Assembly (NCBI GenBank): GCA_902604835.1
Contig: CACKZW010000006.1
Location: 1,359 to 65,358, forward strand
DNA: 64,000 nucleotides
Source: an uncultured Candidatus Actinomarina sp.
Lineage (GTDB): Bacteria > Actinomycetota > Acidimicrobiia > Actinomarinales > Actinomarinaceae
Direction: 5' to 3'
Both the position numbers and the translations under genes were made by a program. The notes under the pieces are model-generated. The model ran no database searches. It had not been told where the DNA came from and was given only the letters and a program-made list of their open reading frames with translations. Position 1 is the stretch's first letter. Each line of letters begins with the position of its first letter. This document shows positions 49,017-57,864 of this stretch, piece after piece.

Positions 49017-49817
49017 GTGAAGAATTTATTAATAATTTCATCAAAAAAGTATCTATCAAAAAAAATATCAAAAGATATATTTAATATCTTGGATAAAAAT
49101 AAATTCAATTATGCAACTCATGAAATTGATTCACTGGAAGATGAAAAATACAAAAGTAATAAAATAGATTTGGTTATAAGCATAGGAGGAGATGGCACTG
49201 CATTAAAAGCTATGAGAATTGCATGGCAATTAAATAGTCCCTTAATAAATATTGGACCAGGCAGACTAGGATATTTAGTTAGCTCGCCAGATAACTTACA
49301 ATCCATGCTTAATGATTGGAATGGTAAAAATTATGAATTTGTTGAAAGAAAAGCAATTATTCAAAATGGAGATCAAAATTTCCCTTCATTTAATGAAGTA
49401 GTTATAATAAAAAATTCTCCAACTAGAATACTTGATTTGGAAATCGAAACATACCAACAAAAGGTTAAACTAAGAGGCGATGGAATAATTTTATCAACCT
49501 CGCTTGGCTCAACAGCATACAATTATTCTGCAGGCGGCCCTATTATTCAAAATGATATTGATGTTATCTCGATAACTCCAATATCACCTTTTTCCAAATT
49601 TCCTAGATCGATAGTAGTAAATAGAGATTCTCTTATAAATATATCTATTAACAAAAATCAAAATTATGCAATACAATTTGATGGTGTTGCAGAGATACAA
49701 GAAAAAAATCCTGAAAATACTAAATATTCTTACAATTTATCTAACAAATCAGTAAAAATTTTAGGCACTGATAACAATCCAAAACTTGATTTATTTCTTA
49801 ATCAAATTTTAAGATAG
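49017..49817 (+). CDS. nadK: NAD kinase
   Basis: 266 aa, GTG start. VISIGGDGTALKA, NEVVI, DGIILSTSLGSTAYNYSAGGPI. Confidence 0.9.
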   Translation: MKNLLIISSKKYLSKKISKDIFNILDKNKFNYATHEIDSLEDEKYKSNKIDLVISIGGDGTALKAMRIAWQLNSPLINIGPGRLGYLVSSPDNLQSMLNDWNGKNYEFVERKAIIQNGDQNFPSFNEVVIIKNSPTRILDLEIETYQQKVKLRGDGIILSTSLGSTAYNYSAGGPIIQNDIDVISITPISPFSKFPRSIVVNRDSLINISINKNQNYAIQFDGVAEIQEKNPENTKYSYNLSNKSVKILGTDNNPKLDLFLNQILR

Positions 49818-49821
49818 TACT

Positions 49822-49848
49822 TTGATTTAATTCTTTACCTGTTAAAGT
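49822..49848 (+). promoter_or_regulatory. Candidate pyrG promoter (extended -10) giving a (near-)leaderless transcript
   Basis: TTGATT (49822-49827), 15-nt spacer ending in TGT, TAAAGT (49843-49848), then 6 nt to the GTG start at 49855. No SD motif. Hand-read only. Confidence 0.3.
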
Positions 49849-49854
49849 TTCAAT

Positions 49855-51483
49855 GTGACCAAATACATTTTTGTAACTGGTGGTGTAGTCTCTGGTCTTG
49901 GAAAAGGGATTACATCTGCATCTCTTGGAAACCTACTAAAATCTCGTGGATTATCTGTAATTAATCAAAAACTAGATCCATATATAAATGTAGATCCAGA
50001 TACAATGAATCCATTCCAACATGGAGAAGTATTTGTAACTGAAGATGGAGCTACAACTGATTTAGATTTAGGTCATTATGAAAGATTTACAGGTGTTAAT
50101 TTAAGAAAAGACTCTAACGTCACTACAGGGAGTATTTATAGAAAAGTTATTGAGAGTGAAAGAAAAGGTGACTATTTAGGTGCAACAGTTCAAGTAATTC
50201 CTCATATTACTGATGAAATCAAAAGAAGAATTAAAGGGATTTCAAATGATATAGATGTACAAATTACAGAAATTGGAGGAACTGTTGGTGATATTGAAAT
50301 CCTTCCATTTTTAGAAGCTGCACGTCAAATTCGAAAAGAATTAGGAAGTGAAAATGTCATGTTTGTACATGTTACTTTGGTTCCATTTATTGGGCCAAGT
50401 ACGGAGTTGAAAACTAAACCAACGCAACATTCAGTAACTTTACTAAGGGCAGCAGGAATTTCTCCAGATTTGATAGTTCTACGATCTGATAGAGAATTAA
50501 ATGAAGAAATAAAAAGTAAAGTTTCTTTATTTTGTGATGTTTCTTTATCGAATGTAATCAATGCTCCTGATTTGGATGATATTTATGAAGTTCCATTGAG
50601 AATGTTTGACGAAGGATTAGATAATGCAGTAAATGATCGTTTAAAACTAAATTCAAACTCCCAAGACTTATCCCAATGGAAAACAATGGTTAATTTAAAA
50701 CAGAATGCTATAAATACGGTAAAAATTGCAATACTTGGTAAATATTTTGGATTACCTGATAGCTACCTCTCAGTTGTTGAATCGTTAAAGCATTCTTGTT
50801 TACACAACAATGTGAAACTAGATCTTCACTGGATAGACGCAGATAATTTCGAATTAGATTCACTTGCTGAGATGGACGGTGTAATAGTTCCCGGAGGTTT
50901 TGGATATAGAGGTATAGAAGGAAAAATATCAGCAATACAGTACATCAGAGAAAACAAGATTCCTTTTCTTGGAATTTGTTTAGGGTTACAATGCGCTGTA
51001 ATAGAATTTGCAAGAAATGTTTGTGGAATATCTGATGCAAATTCTTCCGAATTTTCTCAAAATACGAAAAATTATGTAATTGATCTATTACCTAATCAAG
51101 ATTTAGATAAAGATGATGTGGGAGCTTCGATGAGACTAGGAACTTATCCTTGTAAAATCAATCCAGATACCATTGCATCGAAAATATATAGTGATGAAGT
51201 AATTTATGAGAGACATCGTCATCGCTATGAAGTAAATAATAAATATCGAGATAAATTGATTGAAAATGGTTTGATTATTGGTGGGGTTTCTCCAGATAAT
51301 AATTTAGTTGAAATGATTGAAATAAAAGATCATCCTTATTTTGTTGCTTCACAATTTCACCCAGAATTTAAATCTAGACCGTGGGAACCTGCACCATTAT
51401 TCAATGATTTTATTGCTTCATCTATAAAAACTAAATCATCGGAATCTAATAATATTGTCTCAGAAACAGTCAAAAAAAAGTAA
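49855..51483 (+). CDS. pyrG: CTP synthase
   Basis: 542 aa, GTG start. KYIFVTGGVVSGLGKGI, GGTVGDIE, GATase domain GICLGLQ and HRHRYEVN. Confidence 0.97.
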   Translation: MTKYIFVTGGVVSGLGKGITSASLGNLLKSRGLSVINQKLDPYINVDPDTMNPFQHGEVFVTEDGATTDLDLGHYERFTGVNLRKDSNVTTGSIYRKVIESERKGDYLGATVQVIPHITDEIKRRIKGISNDIDVQITEIGGTVGDIEILPFLEAARQIRKELGSENVMFVHVTLVPFIGPSTELKTKPTQHSVTLLRAAGISPDLIVLRSDRELNEEIKSKVSLFCDVSLSNVINAPDLDDIYEVPLRMFDEGLDNAVNDRLKLNSNSQDLSQWKTMVNLKQNAINTVKIAILGKYFGLPDSYLSVVESLKHSCLHNNVKLDLHWIDADNFELDSLAEMDGVIVPGGFGYRGIEGKISAIQYIRENKIPFLGICLGLQCAVIEFARNVCGISDANSSEFSQNTKNYVIDLLPNQDLDKDDVGASMRLGTYPCKINPDTIASKIYSDEVIYERHRHRYEVNNKYRDKLIENGLIIGGVSPDNNLVEMIEIKDHPYFVASQFHPEFKSRPWEPAPLFNDFIASSIKTKSSESNNIVSETVKKK

Positions 51484-52339
51484 ATCTGCTTTAGTTCAAG
51501 ACTTTTGTAACTACCTACAATTTAACAAAGGTTTGTCAGACAACACTGTAAAAGCATATAAGTCAGATATTCTTAAATTTTTACAATTTCTTGAAGGAGA
51601 TGAAATAAGTAATGAATCTTTACAACAGTATATAACTTTACTTTCCAATAAAAATCAATCTGAAAATTCAAAAGTCAGAAAAATATCATCAATTAATCAG
51701 TATGTTCAATGGTTCAATTCAGTTAATTTATCAAAACAAATAAATATTGAAAAAATATCATTAAAAACTGGCTCTTATCTTCCTGAGACGCTTGCAGTAT
51801 CTGATATTATAAAAATGATTGATTCGTATGACTTTGATAATTTTTTAAATGCTAGAAATAAAGCCATTATCGATTTTATGTACTCTACAGCTTGTAGAGT
51901 TTCTGAATTAACGGATGTCAAAATATCAGATATTGATTTCGATGATAATTTTGTAAAATTACAAGGGAAAGGATCAAAACAAAGAATTGTACCTATCGGT
52001 AGTAAACTAAATAAAACCTTGCAATCTTATTTAAAAATAAGAAAAGAATTTGAGAATAATGAAACATTTTTATTTATATCTAAAAATAAAAAGAAACTAG
52101 ATAGATCTTCTGTATTTAGACTAATTAAAAAAACTGCATTAATTACAGGTATAAATTCATCTGTACATCCTCATACCCTTAGACACAGTGCAGCGACACA
52201 TATGTTGGAAGCAGGATGTGATTTAAGAACCCTTCAAGAATTTTTGGGGCATACATCTGTTTCTACAACGAAGATTTATACTAAATTAACAAAAGAATTT
52301 TTAGTAGAAATATTTAAAGAAAGTCATCCAAGAGCATGA
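51455..52339 (+). CDS. xerD: Site-specific tyrosine recombinase XerD
   Basis: 294 aa, TTG start overlapping the pyrG end. N-terminal SAM-like domain (GLSDNTVKAYKSDILKF). Catalytic region ARVSEL, HPHTLRHSAATHMLEAGCDLRTLQEFLGHTSVSTTKIYT. Position after pyrG as in Actinobacteria. Confidence 0.9.
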   Translation: MSQKQSKKSKSALVQDFCNYLQFNKGLSDNTVKAYKSDILKFLQFLEGDEISNESLQQYITLLSNKNQSENSKVRKISSINQYVQWFNSVNLSKQINIEKISLKTGSYLPETLAVSDIIKMIDSYDFDNFLNARNKAIIDFMYSTACRVSELTDVKISDIDFDDNFVKLQGKGSKQRIVPIGSKLNKTLQSYLKIRKEFENNETFLFISKNKKKLDRSSVFRLIKKTALITGINSSVHPHTLRHSAATHMLEAGCDLRTLQEFLGHTSVSTTKIYTKLTKEFLVEIFKESHPRA

Positions 52340-52809
52340 AAACATATTTGAAAATTAAAAGAGCAATAAGATATTTATTTTACAAACATATTTCTGTTGA
52401 AGATCAGTTAAAAGTTAAAGAACAATTTAATAATGACGATCTAACTAGACTTTTTTGGCAATTATCGATGCAGGACAGACATCACTCTATTGAAGTGCTT
52501 GAAAGAACTATAAATAAAACTCTTGATGATGAAATACTTTCGCTTAAAGAACTAGAGTCTCTTAATGATTTATATACTCTATGTTTATTGCATGATATTG
52601 GAAAATCAGCAGGTAATTTTTCTTGGTTATTTAGAATTTTTTCCGAATTAAATATTGTAAATAGTCATAAGTCAAAAATTTATCTCAATCATGAAAGAAT
52701 TGGATTAGAGCAAATGAAAAAACTCTCCATTGACGATAAAGTTTTGAAATATTATCAAAAAGAATTATTAGAGAATAAACATTTTGTATTGGATATGACT
52801 GATTATTAA
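52336..52809 (+). CDS. HD-domain protein
   Basis: 157 aa. RHHSIEVLERT (His) and LCLLHDIGKS (HD dyad). Confidence 0.6.
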   Translation: MKTYLKIKRAIRYLFYKHISVEDQLKVKEQFNNDDLTRLFWQLSMQDRHHSIEVLERTINKTLDDEILSLKELESLNDLYTLCLLHDIGKSAGNFSWLFRIFSELNIVNSHKSKIYLNHERIGLEQMKKLSIDDKVLKYYQKELLENKHFVLDMTDY

Positions 52810-53519
52810 TGCAACTTGAAGACTTAATATCCAATCTTAAAACATTATTAATCGATTTTTACGATGATAATAATACAAAACAAAATACTAATTTAACAAA
52901 TCTATTTAATTCACTTAATTTAGATCATGTAAGAAAAGATATTGATAGTTTCTCTGAAATAGTGCTTCTTGTTGCGTCACTTTTTGAACTAAAAGCAAAA
53001 AGTTTAATTCCTCAAAATGAAAATGTTGATTGGATTGATGAAATTCAGCTTATAAAAGATAAAGATTTAGCATTTGCAAGACTTTTACAATTTAAAGCTT
53101 TTTCTGAGGTTGGTATTGCGTTGGCTTCAAGAATTAGAGAAAATGAAACATCAATTAGTGCTTTCAAATATTATCAAACTTTAAACCTATATAAAAAACC
53201 TGATATTGAAGTAACTATTGATATAAATAATTTCAATGATACTGCCGAAGAAGTATTTCAAAGATATAAGTCTATAAAAGGATTTGATCATATAGAATAT
53301 GACTTACCGGATATCGACCAGGCAATTAATGACTTATTATCAAAAGTTGATAAAAAGTTAAACACTTCATTTGAGGAATTGGTTTCAGAAGTTGATTCTT
53401 CAGAAAAAGCTGTTGCAGTATTTTTGGCATTATTAGAAGCAATAAGATGGGGATTTGTAAAAGCAGAACAATTAAATAATAATGATTTAATTAAAATTGA
53501 GAAAAACTATGAACAATAA
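52809..53519 (+). CDS. scpA: Segregation and condensation protein A
   Basis: 236 aa. Kleisin-like LVASLFELKAKSLIP and C-terminal AVFLALLEAIRWG. Directly upstream of scpB. Confidence 0.75.
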   Translation: MQLEDLISNLKTLLIDFYDDNNTKQNTNLTNLFNSLNLDHVRKDIDSFSEIVLLVASLFELKAKSLIPQNENVDWIDEIQLIKDKDLAFARLLQFKAFSEVGIALASRIRENETSISAFKYYQTLNLYKKPDIEVTIDINNFNDTAEEVFQRYKSIKGFDHIEYDLPDIDQAINDLLSKVDKKLNTSFEELVSEVDSSEKAVAVFLALLEAIRWGFVKAEQLNNNDLIKIEKNYEQ

Positions 53520-54036
53520 AAAAATTATTTCAGCCACATTATTGGTAAGCGACGGTCCAGTTGAAAATGATTATTTTTATGAATTATTACAAATTGAACA
53601 AAAAGATTTAATAAATCTATTTGAAGAAATAAATAATGATCTTCAAAATTTAGAATTTGGATTTTATATTCGGTTTGATTTAATAAAATCTGATTTAGTT
53701 ACAGTAAATGATATTCCAAAATTTCTTGACTCTGTAAAACCACCTTCTATTTTGAAGGGTTTATCAACACCGGCATTAGAAACTTTAGCAATTATTGCTT
53801 ATGAACAACCAGTCACTAAATTAAAAGTATCTGAGGTAAGGGGAGTTGAATCCGAATCATCTATTAAAACTCTTGAGTCACGAGGGTTAGTACAGAAATC
53901 TGGAGAACTTGATGTACCAGGTAATCCAATTCTATATACAACGACAGATATATTTTTAGAAAAAACAGGATTTCAAAGTATTGATCAACTTCCTACTATT
54001 GGTGAGTATTTTTCGTCACCTGCTGAAGAAGAATAA
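53509..54036 (+). CDS. scpB: Segregation and condensation protein B
   Basis: LSTPALETLAIIAYEQPVTKLKVSEVRGVESESSIKTLESRGLV ... PGNPILYTTT. The ORF opens at TTG 53497. ATG 53509 is taken as the start. Confidence 0.85.
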   Translation: MNNKKIISATLLVSDGPVENDYFYELLQIEQKDLINLFEEINNDLQNLEFGFYIRFDLIKSDLVTVNDIPKFLDSVKPPSILKGLSTPALETLAIIAYEQPVTKLKVSEVRGVESESSIKTLESRGLVQKSGELDVPGNPILYTTTDIFLEKTGFQSIDQLPTIGEYFSSPAEEE

Positions 54037-54684
54037 TTGAGAATAAATAAATTTTTAGCACTTCATTTAAACACCTCTAGACGAAAAGCCGATGAATTAA
54101 TACGTTTAAAAAAAGTAGAAATAAATGGAAAGCTTGCAAAATTAGGAGATGAAGTATTTGCTAATGATAAAGTTTCATATGATTCAAAAGTAATAGAATC
54201 ATTAATAACATTTAAATACTATAAGTTCTACAAGCCAAAAGGATATATTTGTTCTCACAAAGCCCAGAGTAATTCAAAAATTATATATGAAATAATTCGA
54301 GATAAGTCACTTAAGTTCAATGGGAGACTAGATAAGAATTCAGAAGGATTAATGCTTCTCAGCAATGATGGTGATTGGCTTAATAGTACAATTCACCCCT
54401 CTAAAGGGTTGATAAAAAAATATATTGTAAGTGTTAGTAGCCCAATTAACCTTCAAAAATTTAATAAAGCTGTTATTGATAAAGAAGAATATCTAAGAAT
54501 TTTAGATATTCAAGTACTCAAAAGGCTAAAATACGAAGTTTCTTTAAAAACTGGTAAAAATAGAGAAATTAGAAGAATTTTCGATTCAAATAATATAAAG
54601 ATTATTGGTTTAAAGCGAATTTCTATTGGTGATTACAAACTTGGAAATTTAAAAATAGGTGAATTAAGAGAAATTAATTTATGA
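54037..54684 (+). CDS. rluB: RsuA/RluB-family pseudouridine synthase
   Basis: 215 aa. TTG start immediately after the scpB stop. S4 domain MRINKFLALHLNTSRRKADELI. Catalytic GRLDKNSEGLMLLSNDG, KNREIRRIF. scpB-rluB-cmk-der order as in Actinobacteria. Confidence 0.85.
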   Translation: MRINKFLALHLNTSRRKADELIRLKKVEINGKLAKLGDEVFANDKVSYDSKVIESLITFKYYKFYKPKGYICSHKAQSNSKIIYEIIRDKSLKFNGRLDKNSEGLMLLSNDGDWLNSTIHPSKGLIKKYIVSVSSPINLQKFNKAVIDKEEYLRILDIQVLKRLKYEVSLKTGKNREIRRIFDSNNIKIIGLKRISIGDYKLGNLKIGELREINL

Positions 54685-54704
54685 AAAAAATATAGTATTA
54701 GATT

Positions 54705-55319
54705 ATGGAAAAGTTCATTCTTACAATTGATGGTCCATCAGGAGTGGGTAAAACATCAATTGGTAAACATTTAGCTGACATTCTTAATTGTAATTTTTTT
54801 TCAAGTGGAAATGTTTATAGATCTCTAGCTTTGTTTATAAATAAAAATATTGATAAAAATTATGAAAAATATAATATTGAGATAATAAATGGCATCTGTT
54901 ACATAAATAGAGAAACATATACTTCGGAAGACTTGTATTCAAATGAAGTTACAATAACTAGTTCTAAAATTGCCAAGGAAGAGAAGATTAGAAACTATGT
55001 TAAAGAAAGTCTATTGAAATATTATCAATCTTTAGATAAATCCTTAGTTATCGAAGGTAGAGACATGGGTAGTGTCGTGTTTCAAAATGCAAAATATAAG
55101 ATATATTTAGATGCTGATTTGATAACTAGGGGTAAAAGAAGAGAGGATCAGTCAAAAATGAATGAAACTGTATCTGATTTAAAAAAACGAGATTTAGAAG
55201 ATTCAAATAGATTGATTTCTCCATTAACAGTTCCTGATGGAGCTTTAGTAATAAACAATACAGATTTAACTTTTCAAGAAACAGTTAATTTGATTATAGA
55301 GAAGCTAAAGCTTCAGTAG
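54705..55319 (+). CDS. cmk: Cytidylate kinase
   Basis: 204 aa. P-loop IDGPSGVGKTS, IEGRDMGSVVF, KRD lid-like region. Confidence 0.88.
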   Translation: MEKFILTIDGPSGVGKTSIGKHLADILNCNFFSSGNVYRSLALFINKNIDKNYEKYNIEIINGICYINRETYTSEDLYSNEVTITSSKIAKEEKIRNYVKESLLKYYQSLDKSLVIEGRDMGSVVFQNAKYKIYLDADLITRGKRREDQSKMNETVSDLKKRDLEDSNRLISPLTVPDGALVINNTDLTFQETVNLIIEKLKLQ

Positions 55320-56325
55320 CTGACCAAGTCTTATCTTTCGAAATGCTATTTTGAGCTTCAATTTTATTATTGGGAAACATTGTTATAAGTAATCTAGAAA
55401 GAGATGAAATATTTGCTCTAAGCTCTTTTGGAAGTGGGAAGTACTCATCCTCATCTGTGTCTATATAATATTCTAAGTTTTTAGGTTTTAAAAAATTAGA
55501 AATCTCATTTACAATATGTTCGGGAGCGGATGCTCCGGCAGTAATGGCTACATCTTTACTTTCTAAATTTATATCTTCCAAATCGTCTAAAGTTTCTATT
55601 CTGTAAGCTTCTTTTCCTAAACTTTTTATGGTTGTGACTAATGCTTTAGTATTACTTGAAGTGCTTGATCCTACAACAAGTACGACATCGACATTATTTG
55701 AAATGTTAATTAAAGCTTTTTGACGATTTGTAGTTGCGTAGCAAAGATCGCTTTTTCTTGGAAGATCTAAATTATCAAAATCTTCTTTTACTTTATCTAG
55801 TATTGGCTCCCATTCAGACATGGCTAGAGTAGTTTGAGCAAGTAATGCAACTTCATTATCCTGAAAATTAATATTCTTAATATCATCCACAGACTCGACT
55901 AAATGCATATGTTCAGGTGCTACTCCCAATGCTCCAATTGCTTCATCATGATTTTTATGGCCTACATAAATTATTTGTTTTCCACTTTCACTAAATTTCT
56001 TAGCTTCATGGTGAACTTTAGTTACTAATGGACACACAGAATTTACACTTGTTAATGATATATTTTTAAACTCTTTTTCAATATCAGGTGCAGTACCGTG
56101 GGCAGACAACATAACGATTGAATCTTTAGGCAATTCATCAGTATCTTCAATAAATATTACATTTTTTTTCTTAAATTTATCTACGATCCAGTCGTTATGT
56201 ACAATTTCGTGATAACAATACACTGGTTCGTCGTATATTTTTAGCATCCAGGTCAAGGCTTTTATTGCCATTTCTACACCAGCACAAAACCCTCTTGGAG
56301 TTACAACATAGAGCTTATTTACCAT
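55294..56325 (-). CDS. ispH: 4-hydroxy-3-methylbut-2-enyl diphosphate reductase
   Basis: 343 aa. PRGFCAGVEMAI, HEIVHND, SAHG, CPLVTKVH, GHKNHDE, QTT, DLCYATTNRQ, VVGSSTSSNT (three cluster Cys). Confidence 0.95.
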   Translation of the reverse strand: MVNKLYVVTPRGFCAGVEMAIKALTWMLKIYDEPVYCYHEIVHNDWIVDKFKKKNVIFIEDTDELPKDSIVMLSAHGTAPDIEKEFKNISLTSVNSVCPLVTKVHHEAKKFSESGKQIIYVGHKNHDEAIGALGVAPEHMHLVESVDDIKNINFQDNEVALLAQTTLAMSEWEPILDKVKEDFDNLDLPRKSDLCYATTNRQKALINISNNVDVVLVVGSSTSSNTKALVTTIKSLGKEAYRIETLDDLEDINLESKDVAITAGASAPEHIVNEISNFLKPKNLEYYIDTDEDEYFPLPKELRANISSLSRLLITMFPNNKIEAQNSISKDKTWSATEALASL

Positions 56326-56351
56326 AAAATAAGATTAGCTATATTTAAAAT

Positions 56352-57653
56352 ATGAATGAAAACAAAAATAATGAAGTAATTCTGATTGGCTTACCTAACT
56401 CAGGTAAATCAACCCTAATTAATACATTATCTAAAAACAAAACCTCAATAGTTGGTTCAAAGCCGAATACTACAAGAGACAAAGTTAGTAAAAAAATCAA
56501 TGTTAACGATAAGGAAATTGTTATATCAGATTTACCAGGACTTGACGATAACCCAGATTTCTTAAATAATGAATTTCAATCAAAAGTAAAAGAATTTTTA
56601 ATTGAAGCAGATAAAATTTTATTTGTAATAGATATAGATTCAAAAAATTTTGAAGGTCTTGACAAAATTAATCAACTAATACAAGAAATTAATGCAGAGG
56701 ATAAAATTTTAACTGTATTTAATAAGTGTGAAAATTTTAATAATTATGAACTAGATAAAAGACTATTTAAGTATATTTATGATAAAGAATTTTATGTTTC
56801 TGGGTATCACAAAATTGGAACGGATGAGTTGCTTGAACATCTTATCAAATACTCAGGAACAAAAGGACAACATGATAACGATTTAAAATTATCAATCTCA
56901 ATCATTGGAAAACCAAATTCAGGAAAGTCAACATTATTTAATTCATTATTAAAAAAAGAAAGATCAATAGTTTCAGACATGCCTGGAACTACAAGAGATT
57001 CATTAATTGAACAGGTAATATTTGATGACAGAATCTATAATGTCATTGATACAGCTGGAGTACCTAGAAAAAAACAAAAAGATCAAATCGATAGATATGC
57101 TTCTAATCTTTCTATATATTCCTTAGAAACCTCGTTGATCGCGTTTGTTGTCGTTGATTCGACTCAGGGTATAAATTTTGAAGATATGAGATTGATTAAC
57201 GAATCAATAAACAACTACTGTACACCAATTCTGATATTGAATAAGTGGGATTTATTGAATGAAGAAGATAAATTGAACATAAACTCTACATTAAATTCAC
57301 ATTTAAAAAAATTTAACTGGATAAAAGTAATTAGAATTTCAGCATTAACCAAGAAAGGTTTAGATAAATTTTCTAAAACAATTAACGAAGTTTATTTACA
57401 ATTAGATTCGCGAATAGATACTTCAGATTTAAATTTATTTTTTAGAGAACTTTGGGTTTCTAGTCCGCCACACCCATTTAGAGGTAGAAGAGCTAAATTG
57501 AAATATGTAACTCAGTACGACACAAATCCACCTTCTTTTTCATTCAATTTAAGTTCAAGGATTCCTAAAAATTATGAGGCTTTTATTGAAAATAAGATCA
57601 GAAAAGAATTCAAATTTTCTAATGTATCAATGTTGCTAAAATTTAAGAATTAA
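56352..57653 (+). CDS. der: Ribosome-associated GTPase Der (EngA)
   Basis: 433 aa. Two tandem G domains (GLPNSGKSTL...DLPG...NKCE and GKPNSGKSTLFN...DTAG...NKWD) plus a KH-like C-terminal domain. Confidence 0.93.
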   Translation: MNENKNNEVILIGLPNSGKSTLINTLSKNKTSIVGSKPNTTRDKVSKKINVNDKEIVISDLPGLDDNPDFLNNEFQSKVKEFLIEADKILFVIDIDSKNFEGLDKINQLIQEINAEDKILTVFNKCENFNNYELDKRLFKYIYDKEFYVSGYHKIGTDELLEHLIKYSGTKGQHDNDLKLSISIIGKPNSGKSTLFNSLLKKERSIVSDMPGTTRDSLIEQVIFDDRIYNVIDTAGVPRKKQKDQIDRYASNLSIYSLETSLIAFVVVDSTQGINFEDMRLINESINNYCTPILILNKWDLLNEEDKLNINSTLNSHLKKFNWIKVIRISALTKKGLDKFSKTINEVYLQLDSRIDTSDLNLFFRELWVSSPPHPFRGRRAKLKYVTQYDTNPPSFSFNLSSRIPKNYEAFIENKIRKEFKFSNVSMLLKFKN

Positions 57654-57654
57654 T

Positions 57655-57750
57655 ATGGAAAACTTTGGATTTAAGTTTGGCGTTTTTTTATTCGGATTTT
57701 ATTTAATAATTAGAATTTACCAATTTGTTATTGGTTTTTTAACAATCTAA
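57655..57750 (+). CDS. Candidate micro-ORF (31-aa hydrophobic peptide)
   Basis: Hand translation MENFGFKFGVFLFGFYLIIRIYQFVIGFLTI*. The ATG lies 1 nt after the der stop. No SD motif. May simply be AT-rich non-coding sequence. Confidence 0.15.
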   Translation: MENFGFKFGVFLFGFYLIIRIYQFVIGFLTI

Positions 57751-57793
57751 TTAATGATTATCAATGGAAAGTATAAATAAATCTAATTATTTG

Positions 57794-57821
57794 TTGAATA
57801 CGTGGATTTAATATCTAGTAT
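57794..57821 (+). promoter_or_regulatory. Candidate promoter for the ABC-transporter operon
   Basis: TTGAAT (57794-57799), 16-nt spacer, TAGTAT (57816-57821). Hand-read only. It would place the transcription start just before the 57829 hairpin. Confidence 0.3.
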
Positions 57822-57828
57822 GTACTTT

Positions 57829-57864
57829 ATCCACTTTTTTAAGTGGATTTTTTGTATACAAAAA
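57829..57864 (+). promoter_or_regulatory. Leader element: terminator-like hairpin plus overlapping 16-nt perfect palindrome abutting the SD
   Basis: ATCCACTT-TTTT-AAGTGGAT (8-bp stem, 57829-57848) followed by TTTTT. The run TTTTTGTATACAAAAA (57849-57864) is its own reverse complement and ends inside the AAGGAG SD (57863-57868). Confidence 0.4.

Noticed and set aside
51455-52339. Considered the tyrosine recombinase as a phage or integrative-element integrase.
   Set aside because: It has the XerD-type N-terminal domain and C-terminal motif, and it sits in the conserved pyrG-xerD...scpAB context. There are no flanking repeats, no tRNA attachment site and no cargo genes.
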